Shown here: in pieces, positions 17,348 to 25,712 of the stretch
How the letters are laid out: each line of letters starts with the position of its first letter
Position numbering within the stretch: position 1 is the first letter of the stretch
IMG/VR virus record: IMGVR_UViG_3300049187_000016
Location: 1-39,715 of that record
Length of the DNA stretch: 39,715 bases
Direction: 5' to 3' (one strand)
From: a virus
Lineage: Duplodnaviria > Caudoviricetes
The notes under the pieces: generated by a model
The model's database searches: none
The model's input: the letters and a program-made list of their open reading frames with translations, nothing else
What the model was told of the DNA's origin: nothing
Position numbers and translations under genes: made by a program

Positions 17348-17985
17348 GCGCCGGCCTTTCGCGTTTCGCGAAGCCGATGCTCCAGCTTTGCTATGGCCAT
17401 GATCGTTGGGCGAAGGTCTGCTGGCGCCGAATCGTAGTCACGCCCGAAGCGCCCGTTGAGGCGGGGCAGCAGGGCCCGGGGAATGCACTCCCAGTTGGAC
17501 GGGTGGACGTTGAGCTTGTTGCCATCAAGGCACTTCAGTGCGTGTCCTGCCGGCAGCGGCCCGTTGACTTTTTCCCACTCGACCAAGTGCACTGCGCGCC
17601 AACGCTTCTGCAGTGGCAGGTCGTCATTCACCTTGCGCTCGCGGTAGCCATCCTTGCTCACGCGTTCAGTGCCGATGGGCTGGTAGAGCTTGGTCGCCAC
17701 GCCCCGGCGTTCGCCCTTCTTGAACCGGGTTTTTGCACCAGCGGCCAGGAATGCCGCACGATGTTCGGGCCCAAGAGACCCACCCGCCTTGCCTTTTTCG
17801 AAGCGCCCCGTCCGACCGGTCAGCCACCCATTCCGCTTGCACAGGCTGTTGAAGTTCGTGAGGCTCACGTCGTGCCGGTTGAAGATCTGGACGAACAGCG
17901 CATGGGTTTCGGCGCGCGGCTCGTCAGCCATCGCCTTGATCCAGCCCAGCTCCTCGTCGCTGTAGTGGATCCAGCGGCCCTTCAT
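17344..17985 (-). CDS. HNH endonuclease (HNH_3-like)
   Basis: PIGTERVSKDGY...WRAVHLVEWE..NGPLP.GH...LDGNKLN..PSNWECI. Confidence 0.8.
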   Translation of the reverse strand: MKGRWIHYSDEELGWIKAMADEPRAETHALFVQIFNRHDVSLTNFNSLCKRNGWLTGRTGRFEKGKAGGSLGPEHRAAFLAAGAKTRFKKGERRGVATKLYQPIGTERVSKDGYRERKVNDDLPLQKRWRAVHLVEWEKVNGPLPAGHALKCLDGNKLNVHPSNWECIPRALLPRLNGRFGRDYDSAPADLRPTIMAIAKLEHRLRETRKAGA

Positions 17986-18221
17986 TTGTCGCCAGCCTTT
18001 CCGATCTGCGGCAGGTGCCCAAGGATCTTGTCGCCGTGTTCGGCGTACAGTTTCGCCGCCTGCAGCGTCACCTTGGAGTTCTCGGTAATGCGGTCCGCCA
18101 CTTCGACGATGGCGCCGGCGCGCTTGACCTCGGCCTCGATCTGCTCGGGAGTCAGGTTCTCGACGTCCAGGCGGTCGAGGGCGGCAAAGAGGTGCTTGTT
18201 CAGCTCGGCAAGGTTGCTCAT
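17982..18221 (-). CDS. Hypothetical protein coupled to the HNH gene
   Basis: MSNLAELNKHLFAALDRL...EVKRA.AIVEVA; SD GGAGG; ATGA overlap with the HNH gene. Confidence 0.75.
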   Translation of the reverse strand: MSNLAELNKHLFAALDRLDVENLTPEQIEAEVKRAGAIVEVADRITENSKVTLQAAKLYAEHGDKILGHLPQIGKAGDK

Positions 18222-18480
18222 GGGTTGGTCCTCCGCAGCGTGGAGGCCCCGGCACGGCAACCACTCCGCGCCGGGGCTGCGGACAGGCAGTCCGTCCCCT
18301 GTGCTGGGGGCTCGCGATTGAGAGAACCTCCGCCGTTCTGGGCCTTGGGGCGACCGAATCCGTCGGCCAGCGGATCGCGGGCATCAGCGCCCGGATGGGG
18401 ATGAAGGGCCTCGACCCGCAGGCCGAGGCAGTTGGCCGCGCCCAGGGAGGACCAGCGCGGCAGGGCAGAAGGTGCGGACA

Positions 18481-18675
18481 TCACGACAGCACCGCCCAGA
18501 CGATCGCCAGCCAGGTCGCGACGCTCATCAGGATCACGGTGCCCCACATGAGGGCCCGGCCAAGGTCCGGGTTGCGCTGGTCGGCGTAGACGCGGAACCG
18601 CTGCGGCGCATCGGGCTCTTCGTCGGGAAGGTCGGGAACAAAAGCAATCGGCGCCGGTTCAGGGTTGTGGGTCAT
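18481..18675 (-). CDS. Small membrane protein
   Basis: 64 aa with C-terminal hydrophobic helix ALMWGTVILMSVATWLAIVWAVLS. Confidence 0.6.
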   Translation of the reverse strand: MTHNPEPAPIAFVPDLPDEEPDAPQRFRVYADQRNPDLGRALMWGTVILMSVATWLAIVWAVLS

Positions 18676-19040
18676 GCTGTGCTCCGGGCGGGATTTGGGG
18701 AAATGAAGGGCGCGGCCAGTGCCTCTCGGGCGAAGTCCACCGCCCACCCCTGCGGTCCGGTCTTCCCGTGCCACCAGTTGCGGGCGCACTTGTCGTCGAT
18801 GCTGAAGAACGCTTCGACCTCGGTGGCGCTCTTGAAGTGCGCCCTCAGAAAGTCACGCCACTTGTGCGGATAGAGGCGCCGGAAGGCGTATGGGTCGCAC
18901 GGCCGACCGGACAATGTTCCGGGGGACGCGGCGGCATCAGGCGTGGCAATCTTCTCGAGCACTGCAGAGGAAGACGCCAATGCGACACCATCTCGCCCCC
19001 GAGGTTCCAAGTCCGCCGATACTGCCATCGCTCGGCCCAT
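18672..19040 (-). CDS. HTH-like protein in the CII position
   Basis: WRDFLRAHF.SATEVEAFFSIDDKCARNWWHGKTGP; immediately downstream of cro; true start uncertain. Confidence 0.55.
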   Translation of the reverse strand: MGRAMAVSADLEPRGRDGVALASSSAVLEKIATPDAAASPGTLSGRPCDPYAFRRLYPHKWRDFLRAHFKSATEVEAFFSIDDKCARNWWHGKTGPQGWAVDFAREALAAPFISPNPARSTA

Positions 19041-19249
19041 CAGGCGGCACCAGCTTGGCTCCGGCGCATTTCCGCCAGAGTTTCCAACTTCAATTCGTGC
19101 CCGCGCGCCGCCGCAGCGGCGATCAGGTCCAGATCATGCTTGGCGGGGATGTTTCCCCGGACCCGCCAAGAAGCGGCTGTGGTGTAAGGCACACCAAGGT
19201 CGCTCGCGAGTTCGGCCGTCGTGGGCCAGATGTCGAAGATGGTTTGCAT
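19040..19249 (-). CDS. cro: Cro-like repressor
   Basis: IFDIWPTTAELASDLGVPYTTAASWRVRGNIPA HTH; divergent from cI. Confidence 0.85.
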   Translation of the reverse strand: MQTIFDIWPTTAELASDLGVPYTTAASWRVRGNIPAKHDLDLIAAAAARGHELKLETLAEMRRSQAGAA

Positions 19250-19256
19250 GGCGACC

Positions 19257-19313
19257 ACATTACGCGCAATGCGTAACGCAGTCAACGCCCAATGCGTTAC
19301 GCATTCTGCTAGC
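19257..19313. promoter_or_regulatory. OR/PR region: 17-bp operators and leftward promoter
   Basis: Operators TTACGC-GCAAT-GCGTAA (19260-19276), CAACGC-CCAAT-GCGTTA (19283-19299) and degenerate TTACGC-ATTCT-GCTAGC (19297-19313). Minus-strand TTGACT-17-TAATGT ends 7 nt before the cro ATG. Confidence 0.8.
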
Positions 19314-19322
19314 CGTTACCTC

Positions 19323-19982
19323 ATGAGCGTAGCGGATCGATTGAAGCAGGCCCGAGAGGCCGCAGGATTTGAGAATGCTGTCGACGCTGTCCGCCGGTTC
19401 GGCTGGACGCAGTCGACTTACCTTGGCCACGAGAACGGTTCACGCGGGGTGACGCCTGGCGCAGCTGCGAGATACGGGCTCGCATTCAAGGTGCCACCGG
19501 AGTGGATCCTCTTCGGAGGTGATCTGGATGAGCGCGATCCGGCCTTGCCATCTGCTCTGCCGGAACCGGCGGGCGACATGATCGATGTTTACAACGTCGA
19601 GGCCAGCGCTGGCTTTGGCTCTCTTGTAGGCACAGAAATGGTTGTCGACCGACTTTCCTTCCCGCCTGGCTACCTGAGCAAGATCACCAGGTCCCACCCA
19701 AAGAACCTCGCCATCATCGGGGTGAAGGGCAAGAGCATGGAGCCGACGCTGTCAGATGACGACATCGTCATGGTGGACCTGAGCAAGACAGACCTGTCCT
19801 ATGATGGGCTTTTCGTGGTCCGCGACGGCGGCGACAGCTTGCTGGTCAAGCGGATCAGTCGCGGATCACGCCGCGGGACGGTGATGCTTGTCAGCGACAA
19901 CCCGCAGTACCCGAACCAGGAGCGCTCGTTCGAAGACGTCGAGGTCGTCGGCAAGGTGATTTGGAAGGGCGTGAAGGAATGA
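19323..19982 (+). CDS. cI: CI-like repressor (HTH + S24 peptidase)
   Basis: RLKQARE...HENGSRG HTH; ASAGFG cleavage site; VKGKSMEPTL (catalytic Ser) and LLVKRI (catalytic Lys). Confidence 0.93.
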   Translation: MSVADRLKQAREAAGFENAVDAVRRFGWTQSTYLGHENGSRGVTPGAAARYGLAFKVPPEWILFGGDLDERDPALPSALPEPAGDMIDVYNVEASAGFGSLVGTEMVVDRLSFPPGYLSKITRSHPKNLAIIGVKGKSMEPTLSDDDIVMVDLSKTDLSYDGLFVVRDGGDSLLVKRISRGSRRGTVMLVSDNPQYPNQERSFEDVEVVGKVIWKGVKE

Positions 19983-20260
19983 GCCGCGCGCTGCTCCTTG
20001 GCAGCGCCGCCGTGGCGCTGTCTGGGTGCGTCTACAGTTACTCCGAAAAGCTGGAGCGTTGCGCGGCCACAACCATTGAAGCTATCGGCGACCCTGATGT
20101 CCAGCGCAGGTTCGCTGACCTGCTGCCGAAGTTGGATGCCGCCTATGCGAGCGGAGAGCATAACGCCGTGCGCCTGGCTCTTGACAATATGCCTCGGGAC
20201 TTGGTGTTCGCCGTGGCGAGCGTTTGCGCCGATCAGCTGCTCCAGCGGTCGATTCCATAG
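19979..20260 (+). CDS. Predicted lipoprotein
   Basis: MSRALLLGSAAVALSG-C lipobox; ATGA overlap with cI. Confidence 0.7.
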   Translation: MSRALLLGSAAVALSGCVYSYSEKLERCAATTIEAIGDPDVQRRFADLLPKLDAAYASGEHNAVRLALDNMPRDLVFAVASVCADQLLQRSIP

Positions 20261-20282
20261 GCCATCAGGAGAGGGGTAGGGA

Positions 20283-20576
20283 GTGATCAAAGCAGGCCCT
20301 TTGCTGCGCGTATGCCTCCCCGTCGGGGTTCTGGTTGTTGCTGGGTGCAGCGAGGATGAGCAGGCCTGCTACCAAAAGCTCAGCGCGGACTTTGACGAAT
20401 ACGCGGTGACATCAGTGGAGGCCGCGAAAGGCAAGTCGCTCGATGACCAAATCGCTGCTGGTGAGCTGGCGGTGACAGCAAGGGAGTCCGCGCTCTCAAT
20501 CCTGGTGATCTACAACGACGACGACCGAAGCGCCTGCGATTACGTCAGCGCCGGGCCGTATCTCCAGCGGAAGTAG
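20283..20576 (+). CDS. Predicted lipoprotein
   Basis: MIKAGPLLRVCLPVGVLVVAG-C lipobox; purine-rich SD. Confidence 0.65.
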   Translation: MIKAGPLLRVCLPVGVLVVAGCSEDEQACYQKLSADFDEYAVTSVEAAKGKSLDDQIAAGELAVTARESALSILVIYNDDDRSACDYVSAGPYLQRK

Positions 20577-20599
20577 CAGCTGGTCCTAGTTGGGCGCCG

Positions 20600-20629
20600 A
20601 GGTCCCGCCGGCGCGGGACCTTTTCATTT
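20600..20629 (+). terminator. Intrinsic terminator ending the cI operon
   Basis: AGGTCCCGC-CGGC-GCGGGACCT followed by TTTCATTT. Confidence 0.8.
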
Positions 20630-20648
20630 GGCGATCCGATTCTCAGCA

Positions 20649-20710
20649 CACCGCGCTATGCATAATGTTACGCTTTTTGCGTTGACACGACGTTACGCAT
20701 AACGCATAGT
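20649..20710 (+). promoter_or_regulatory. OL/PL region: 17-bp operators and rightward promoter
   Basis: TTGACA (20682)-17-CATAGT. Operators TTACGC-TTTTT-GCGTTG (20668-20684), TTACGC-ATAAC-GCATAG (20693-20709) and weaker CACCGC-GCTAT-GCATAA (20649-20665). Confidence 0.8.
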
Positions 20711-20740
20711 CGGCCCATCACCAGCGATGGAGCCGACCCG

Positions 20741-21082
20741 ATGCACCGCCTTCTTCCCTGCGACCTGAACGCCTTCGCCAACGCCCTCGTCACCGTCCCC
20801 GCGCCGAAGCGCGCCGCGCTCGCTCGCGCCCTGATCCGTCAGGCCGGCGAGGTTGCCGAGAAGCGCCGTCAGCACAACCTGCGCTTCGGCCAGGTTCTGC
20901 CCGCGCACTGGTCGCAGGAATTCCAGTCGGTCTGCCTGACGCACAAGCACGACTGCGAAGCCGCGACGCCCGGCACCATCTACGCCGCCGGCATCTCGGA
21001 CCGCGACGGCATCCAGGCTTACGAGGTCGCGCTGTCGGCTCTGCTCGACATGGTGCGGGCCGAAGAAGTGGAGGCTGCGTGA
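20741..21082 (+). CDS. Hypothetical protein, first gene after PL
   Basis: 113 aa, SD GGAG, high-GC3 codon pattern. Confidence 0.7.
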   Translation: MHRLLPCDLNAFANALVTVPAPKRAALARALIRQAGEVAEKRRQHNLRFGQVLPAHWSQEFQSVCLTHKHDCEAATPGTIYAAGISDRDGIQAYEVALSALLDMVRAEEVEAA

Positions 21083-21462
21083 TGGGCCAACTCCTCCGCC
21101 TCCCGATCGACCAGGCCGCTTTCACCCGCCTGATCCAGCACGAGCGCGCCGCCAACATCGCCGCCGAGCGCGCCGAGGCGGTCCAGAACGCCCGGGCGGT
21201 CCTGCGCAGCCCGAAGCGCCACAGCGACCAGGTCCTGCGTGACGCCTGCGCGGTGCTGACCGCTTGGGGCGACGGGCACGACCACCTGACGGCCGACGCG
21301 ATGATCTTCGCCATGAACCGGCGCGAGCAACTGCGGCTGAACGAGGCCAAGCAGCTGACCTCGGTGCGCGTGGCGATGCAGCACCGCGACCGCTGGCCGG
21401 CGATTGCTGGCTGGGGAGTTCTGGTCGCAGTGGCGATGCTGGCCGGGACTGGGTGGCTGTGA
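21079..21462 (+). CDS. Hypothetical protein with C-terminal TM helix
   Basis: ~127 aa; ends WPAIAGWGVLVAVAMLAGTGWL; coupled on both sides. Confidence 0.7.
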   Translation: MMGQLLRLPIDQAAFTRLIQHERAANIAAERAEAVQNARAVLRSPKRHSDQVLRDACAVLTAWGDGHDHLTADAMIFAMNRREQLRLNEAKQLTSVRVAMQHRDRWPAIAGWGVLVAVAMLAGTGWL

Positions 21463-22427
21463 TGCTCGACGCACCCTTCCTCGCCCAAGGCGTCCATGCC
21501 GGCATCCCCGAAGCCCGATACCACGCCGACCTCCTCTGCGGCACGCCGACGCTTTCGTCGACGCTGGCCCGCACGTTGCTCGCCCGGTCGCCGCTCCACG
21601 CCTGGACGGCCCACCCACGGTTGAACCCGGCGTGGGAGCCGACCGAGAAGAAGACCTTCGACATCGGCCGTGCCGCGCACCGCGCCGTGCTGGGTCGCGG
21701 CGGAGACTATGTGGCCTACCCCGCAGAGCTGCTCGCCAGCAATGGCGCGGCTTCGACGAAGGAGGCGAAGGCCTGGGCCGAGGAACAGCGCGCCGCCGGC
21801 CGCACCCCGCTCAAGGCCGAGGAGGTGGATCAGATCGGCGAGATGGCCCTGGCCGTCGACCGCCAGCTGACCGCGATGGGCATTACGCTTGACCCGGCCC
21901 GTTCCGAGATGGTCGCGTTGGCCTCGGTCGACGGCGTGATGTGCCGGGCGATGATCGACAACGCGCCGGCAGACTCGCGCTTCCCGCTCTACGACCTCAA
22001 GTCCACGACAGACGCCTCGCCCGAGGCTCTGGCGAAGACCGTCGCGACCTACGGCTACGACATCCAGGCCGCGCATTACCTGGCCGTCTGGAGGGCCGCC
22101 ACGGGCGAAGACCGGAAATTCCGCATCGTCTTTGTCGAGAAGGAGCCGCCCTTCGGCGTCTCGGTCGCGGAACTCTACCGCAAGCCCGGCGACGAGGCGG
22201 ACTGGTTCGACCATGCCGACGCGCTTGCCCGCGACGCCCGCCGGATCTGGGGCGAGTGCCTGACCTCGGGCAAGTGGCCGGGCTACCCCGCCCGGGTGGC
22301 CGTGATCGGCGCCCCCGGCTGGCACCTGACCAAGATGGAAGACCGCGCCGAACGCGCGCCGAAGCCCAGCAACGCAACGCTTGCCGCCGCGATGGCATGG
22401 CAAGGCCCAGAAGGAGACGCAGCATGA
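21462..22427 (+). CDS. Exonuclease VIII/RecE-like PD-(D/E)XK nuclease
   Basis: YHAD...LSST...GRAAH...CRAMIDN...YDLKST...YGYDIQAAHY...FVEKEPP...WPGY. Confidence 0.85.
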   Translation: MLDAPFLAQGVHAGIPEARYHADLLCGTPTLSSTLARTLLARSPLHAWTAHPRLNPAWEPTEKKTFDIGRAAHRAVLGRGGDYVAYPAELLASNGAASTKEAKAWAEEQRAAGRTPLKAEEVDQIGEMALAVDRQLTAMGITLDPARSEMVALASVDGVMCRAMIDNAPADSRFPLYDLKSTTDASPEALAKTVATYGYDIQAAHYLAVWRAATGEDRKFRIVFVEKEPPFGVSVAELYRKPGDEADWFDHADALARDARRIWGECLTSGKWPGYPARVAVIGAPGWHLTKMEDRAERAPKPSNATLAAAMAWQGPEGDAA

Positions 22428-23200
22428 ACCAGACCGCAGTCGCAACCCAAGGCGTTACCACGCCGCAACCCATGACGCCCGGCGGCGCGCTGGCGGCCTT
22501 CGTGCCGAAGGACAGCGCCCAGCTTCTGAAGCTGGCTGACGTTCTGTCGAAGTCGGGCGACATGGTGCCCAAGCAGTTCCAGGGCAACGCCCCCGCCATC
22601 ACCGCCGCCATCATGCGCGGGATGGAAGTTGGCCTGAACCCGATGCAGGCCCTTTCCTCGATCGCGGTGATCAACGGCCGCGCCACGCTCTGGGGTGACG
22701 CCCTGCCGGCGCTTGTCCAGCGCGCCGGGCACCACATCGACGTTGACTACGAGGGCCAGGGCGAGAGCCTGACCGCAGTTGCCACCCTGACCCGCTCGGA
22801 CGGCAAGAAGGTGGTGCGCCGGTTCGGCATCGCCGATGCGAAGCGCGCCCAGCTGCTCGGCAAGCCCGGCCCGTGGCAGGCGTACCCCCAACGGATGATT
22901 GCGCACCGCGCCCGCTCTTGGGCCATCCGCGACGGCGCGGCCGACGCGCTGATGGGTATGCAGGTGGCGGAGGAAGTCAGCGACTACGGCCCCGACGCCG
23001 CCCGCGAGGTCAACCCGCAGGCCGCGCCCGCCCCGCGCCGCGGTGGTGTGGTCTACGCCGAGGCCGAGATCGTGGACGAGATCCAGGAGGGCGAGATCGT
23101 CGGCACCGCCACCCTGACCGCCCCCACCGACGAGGAAATCCAGCGGCAGATCAACGAGGACCATCAGCGCGAGATGGCCCGCCTCGACGATCAGCCCTGA
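22424..23200 (+). CDS. RecT-like single-strand annealing protein
   Basis: MVPKQFQGN...GMEVGLNPMQALSSIAVING...AKRAQLLGKPGPWQAYPQRMI..RA; coupled to the exonuclease. Confidence 0.75.
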   Translation: MNQTAVATQGVTTPQPMTPGGALAAFVPKDSAQLLKLADVLSKSGDMVPKQFQGNAPAITAAIMRGMEVGLNPMQALSSIAVINGRATLWGDALPALVQRAGHHIDVDYEGQGESLTAVATLTRSDGKKVVRRFGIADAKRAQLLGKPGPWQAYPQRMIAHRARSWAIRDGAADALMGMQVAEEVSDYGPDAAREVNPQAAPAPRRGGVVYAEAEIVDEIQEGEIVGTATLTAPTDEEIQRQINEDHQREMARLDDQP

Positions 23201-23308
23201 CCCCTTCCCGGCGGCGGGAGACGAGCCGCACATCCTCCCTGTTGGTAACTGCCCCCGGCGTCAGTGGTGCGCCCCGCGCCGGGGGCCTCTTGTCCCCGAA
23301 AGGTCGCT

Positions 23309-23878
23309 ATGATCCCGCCCTACCCGTTGCTTTGGCCTGAAGGCCACCCGCGCGTGAAGACCCGCGAGAAATCCGCCTTCCGCACCGGCTTCAACCAAGC
23401 CCTGAAAAACGTGAAGGACAGCCTGCGTCTCTTCGCGCAGGACAGCGGCAAGCATCTGGCGCAGGTGCAGATCACGTCGAACGCCAGCTTCATGGACGAC
23501 AAGCCGGCCGATCCCGGCATTGCGGTCTGGTTCGAATGGGACGGCGCCCTGCGCTGCATCGCGGTCGACCGCTACCAGACGGTAGCCGAGAACCTGCAGG
23601 CCATCCACCATGTCCTCGAGGCCCGCCGGGTCGAACTGCGCCACGCCGGCATCAACATGGTCCGCACCACCTTTCGGGGCTTCATTGCCGCGCTTCCAGC
23701 GCCCGGCGCTGCCCATTGGACCACCGTCCTTGGCGTCGGACCCAACGCCACCGAGGAAGAGATCACCGCCGCCTACCGCGCAAAAGCGCGCGAGCTGGGC
23801 GCCACCGGCAACGACGCCGCCCGCACCGAACTGAACGTGGCCCGCGACAAGGGCCTCGCTGAACGAAAAACCACTTAA
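23309..23878 (+). CDS. Phage protein with C-terminal J-domain-like region lacking HPD
   Basis: YPLLWPEG..R...DPGIAVWF...IAVDRY..VAENLQAI N-domain; WTTVLGV...EITAAYRAKARELGATGND..RTELNVARD. Confidence 0.75.
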   Translation: MIPPYPLLWPEGHPRVKTREKSAFRTGFNQALKNVKDSLRLFAQDSGKHLAQVQITSNASFMDDKPADPGIAVWFEWDGALRCIAVDRYQTVAENLQAIHHVLEARRVELRHAGINMVRTTFRGFIAALPAPGAAHWTTVLGVGPNATEEEITAAYRAKARELGATGNDAARTELNVARDKGLAERKTT

Positions 23879-23901
23879 CCCAACCACCGAAAGGACGACC
23901 A

Positions 23902-24126
23902 ATGAAGACCATCCTCGCCATATCCACCGCCCTCCTGCTTGCCGCGCCTGCCCACGCTGGCGGCCCGGTCATTGTGGAGGACGCCGCCGAAACCGCCGCG
24001 CCGCGCAGCAACGCGGTGCCGTTCCTGATCGCCGGGGCGCTGATCCTGGCGCTGATCGCCGGGCAGTCGCACGGCTGCAACGGGCCGGAAGAGACCCCGG
24101 AACCGACTCCGGGAGTGGGGTGCTGA
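23902..24126 (+). CDS. Small exported/membrane protein
   Basis: Signal peptide MKTILAISTALLLAAPAHA plus a second hydrophobic segment. Confidence 0.7.
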   Translation: MKTILAISTALLLAAPAHAGGPVIVEDAAETAAPRSNAVPFLIAGALILALIAGQSHGCNGPEETPEPTPGVGC

Positions 24127-24127
24127 G

Positions 24128-24511
24128 ATGGCAACGCTTGCACAACGGTTCATCGCCGTCGCCAAGTTTTTCACTGAGAAGCGAGAGGCGGAGGTTGATC
24201 GCTACAACCAGTTTCTTGCGTTCTACGAGCATCTTGTTCGTGAGACGCCCACGGCGGCCGTCAAGCGATTTGACAAGCTGGACGTGAGTGTCGTCACCGA
24301 GGGAAAGTCGGAAACTTGGTCGCTGTACCTGACTCCGACCGACTTCGGCTTCTGGAAGGCAAAGATCGCGGCGGGCGTCAGGTTCGCCAAGGGGCCCGAC
24401 TCGGTAGAGCTCGCGATGATGAACCGGATGGGCGGCTTTGCAGAGCAACTCGCGCTCAGCAAAGAGGATCGCGCGGCGCTTCTAGACATCCTTCAGGACC
24501 GCACCCCCTGA
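24128..24511 (+). CDS. Hypothetical protein
   Basis: 127-aa ORF in the operon, followed by a GC hairpin at ~24518-24543. Confidence 0.65.
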   Translation: MATLAQRFIAVAKFFTEKREAEVDRYNQFLAFYEHLVRETPTAAVKRFDKLDVSVVTEGKSETWSLYLTPTDFGFWKAKIAAGVRFAKGPDSVELAMMNRMGGFAEQLALSKEDRAALLDILQDRTP

Positions 24512-24565
24512 CCCCCACCGCCAGCCTGCGCGCGGGCTGGCGGCTACCCCCGAGGAGAGATGAGA

Positions 24566-24997
24566 ATGACGGACCTTCTGCCTTGCCCGTTCTGTGGAAA
24601 GCATCCGAAGACTTTCCAATACAACGGGGCAACTCAGGTCAGCTGTTCCAGCCCGCACTACGAATGCGCTGGAAGTGACGTTGTGGCCCCGGTGCCCATG
24701 TGGAACACCCGCGCCGCGCTGGACGAGATTGCCCGGCTGAAGGCGGCGGAGCGGGCGATGCGCAGTCGTTGGTCAGACCACATGACAACAGCCGCCCGCC
24801 TCTTTGAAATGGACGACGAGGGCAGTCAGCAGGCGTCTATCGTTGAAAGCGCAAAGGCGTCCGAGGCGTTGGAGTGCGCTGAATTGCTCCGCGCCGCCCT
24901 CGCGCCCGCCGCCCCGATTGAAATCCTGGACCGCAACCAAGCCGTGGACCTCTTCGGCTGGCGGTATGTCGCTGATTTGGAGAACGTCGATGAGTGA
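24566..24997 (+). CDS. Lar (restriction alleviation)-like zinc-ribbon protein
   Basis: MTDLLPCPFCG...VSC...C...WNTRA; SD GAGGAG. Confidence 0.65.
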   Translation: MTDLLPCPFCGKHPKTFQYNGATQVSCSSPHYECAGSDVVAPVPMWNTRAALDEIARLKAAERAMRSRWSDHMTTAARLFEMDDEGSQQASIVESAKASEALECAELLRAALAPAAPIEILDRNQAVDLFGWRYVADLENVDE

Positions 24998-25250
24998 AGC
25001 ACCAGAAAGGATTTGGGTCGACGAGGACACTTGGTTTGCGGGACCTGGGAAGACCGAACGCGCCAAAGAATACGTCCACGCTGATCTTGTCTCCACGCTT
25101 ATCCGCGATGCCGAGGCACGCGGGATGGAGCGGGTTGGAGAATTCATTTCTGGCTCGTGGATTTTGCCGAGGGTCGCCAAGGACCGTCTCCTTGACCAAA
25201 TCCGCGCCGCTGCCTCCGCCATCCGAAAAGTTGAGGAGACGCCCAAATGA
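24990..25250 (+). CDS. Hypothetical protein
   Basis: MSEAPERIWV...EYVHADL motif common in phage early regions. Confidence 0.65.
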   Translation: MSEAPERIWVDEDTWFAGPGKTERAKEYVHADLVSTLIRDAEARGMERVGEFISGSWILPRVAKDRLLDQIRAAASAIRKVEETPK

Positions 25251-25516
25251 CCGCGTGGGGGCCTTGGATTGATGGAAGTGTCCCGCCTCCTGTTGGAGCC
25301 TACGTCCAAATGGAGGTTGCTGATCTGCTAATGCGCGGCCGCCTAACGCATGAATGCATCGTCGTCGGCTTTGAAGATGATCGCGTTCTTATATCCCCCG
25401 TTTTGCCGTTGTTCAGTCGATGGCAGGTAGACCGCTACCGCATCCGCAAGCCGCGCGGTCTGACCATATTGGAAAACCGGATTGCCGAAGTATCCGCTGC
25501 TGGAGGGGCCAAATGA
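25247..25516 (+). CDS. Hypothetical protein
   Basis: MTAWGPWIDG...RYRIRKPRGLTILE; ATGA-coupled. Confidence 0.65.
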   Translation: MTAWGPWIDGSVPPPVGAYVQMEVADLLMRGRLTHECIVVGFEDDRVLISPVLPLFSRWQVDRYRIRKPRGLTILENRIAEVSAAGGAK

Positions 25517-25710
25517 CCGAGGCGCAAGCACAGTGGCTGCGGAAGCTGCGCGACGAGGGGCCGCAGGCGTTCGCCTACGACCGCGCGGCAGCATCTTGCT
25601 ACAGGTTTGATTGGACCGACTGCGACGCTCAAAACACTCGCGAATGGATTACGCCCGCCGGTCTTGCCGCCCTCGCGGCGCATGAGCAGGGCAGCGGGAA
25701 GGAGGCGTAG
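25513..25710 (+). CDS. Small winged-helix-like hypothetical protein
   Basis: MTEAQAQWLRKL...WITPAGLAALA. Confidence 0.6.
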   Translation: MTEAQAQWLRKLRDEGPQAFAYDRAAASCYRFDWTDCDAQNTREWITPAGLAALAAHEQGSGKEA

Positions 25711-25712
25711 GG

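Noticed and set aside
18218-18547. 109-aa ORF between the membrane gene and the HNH partner
   Set aside because: Low-complexity composition and overlap with hairpin elements; coding status is unsupported, though a shorter coupled ORF cannot be excluded.
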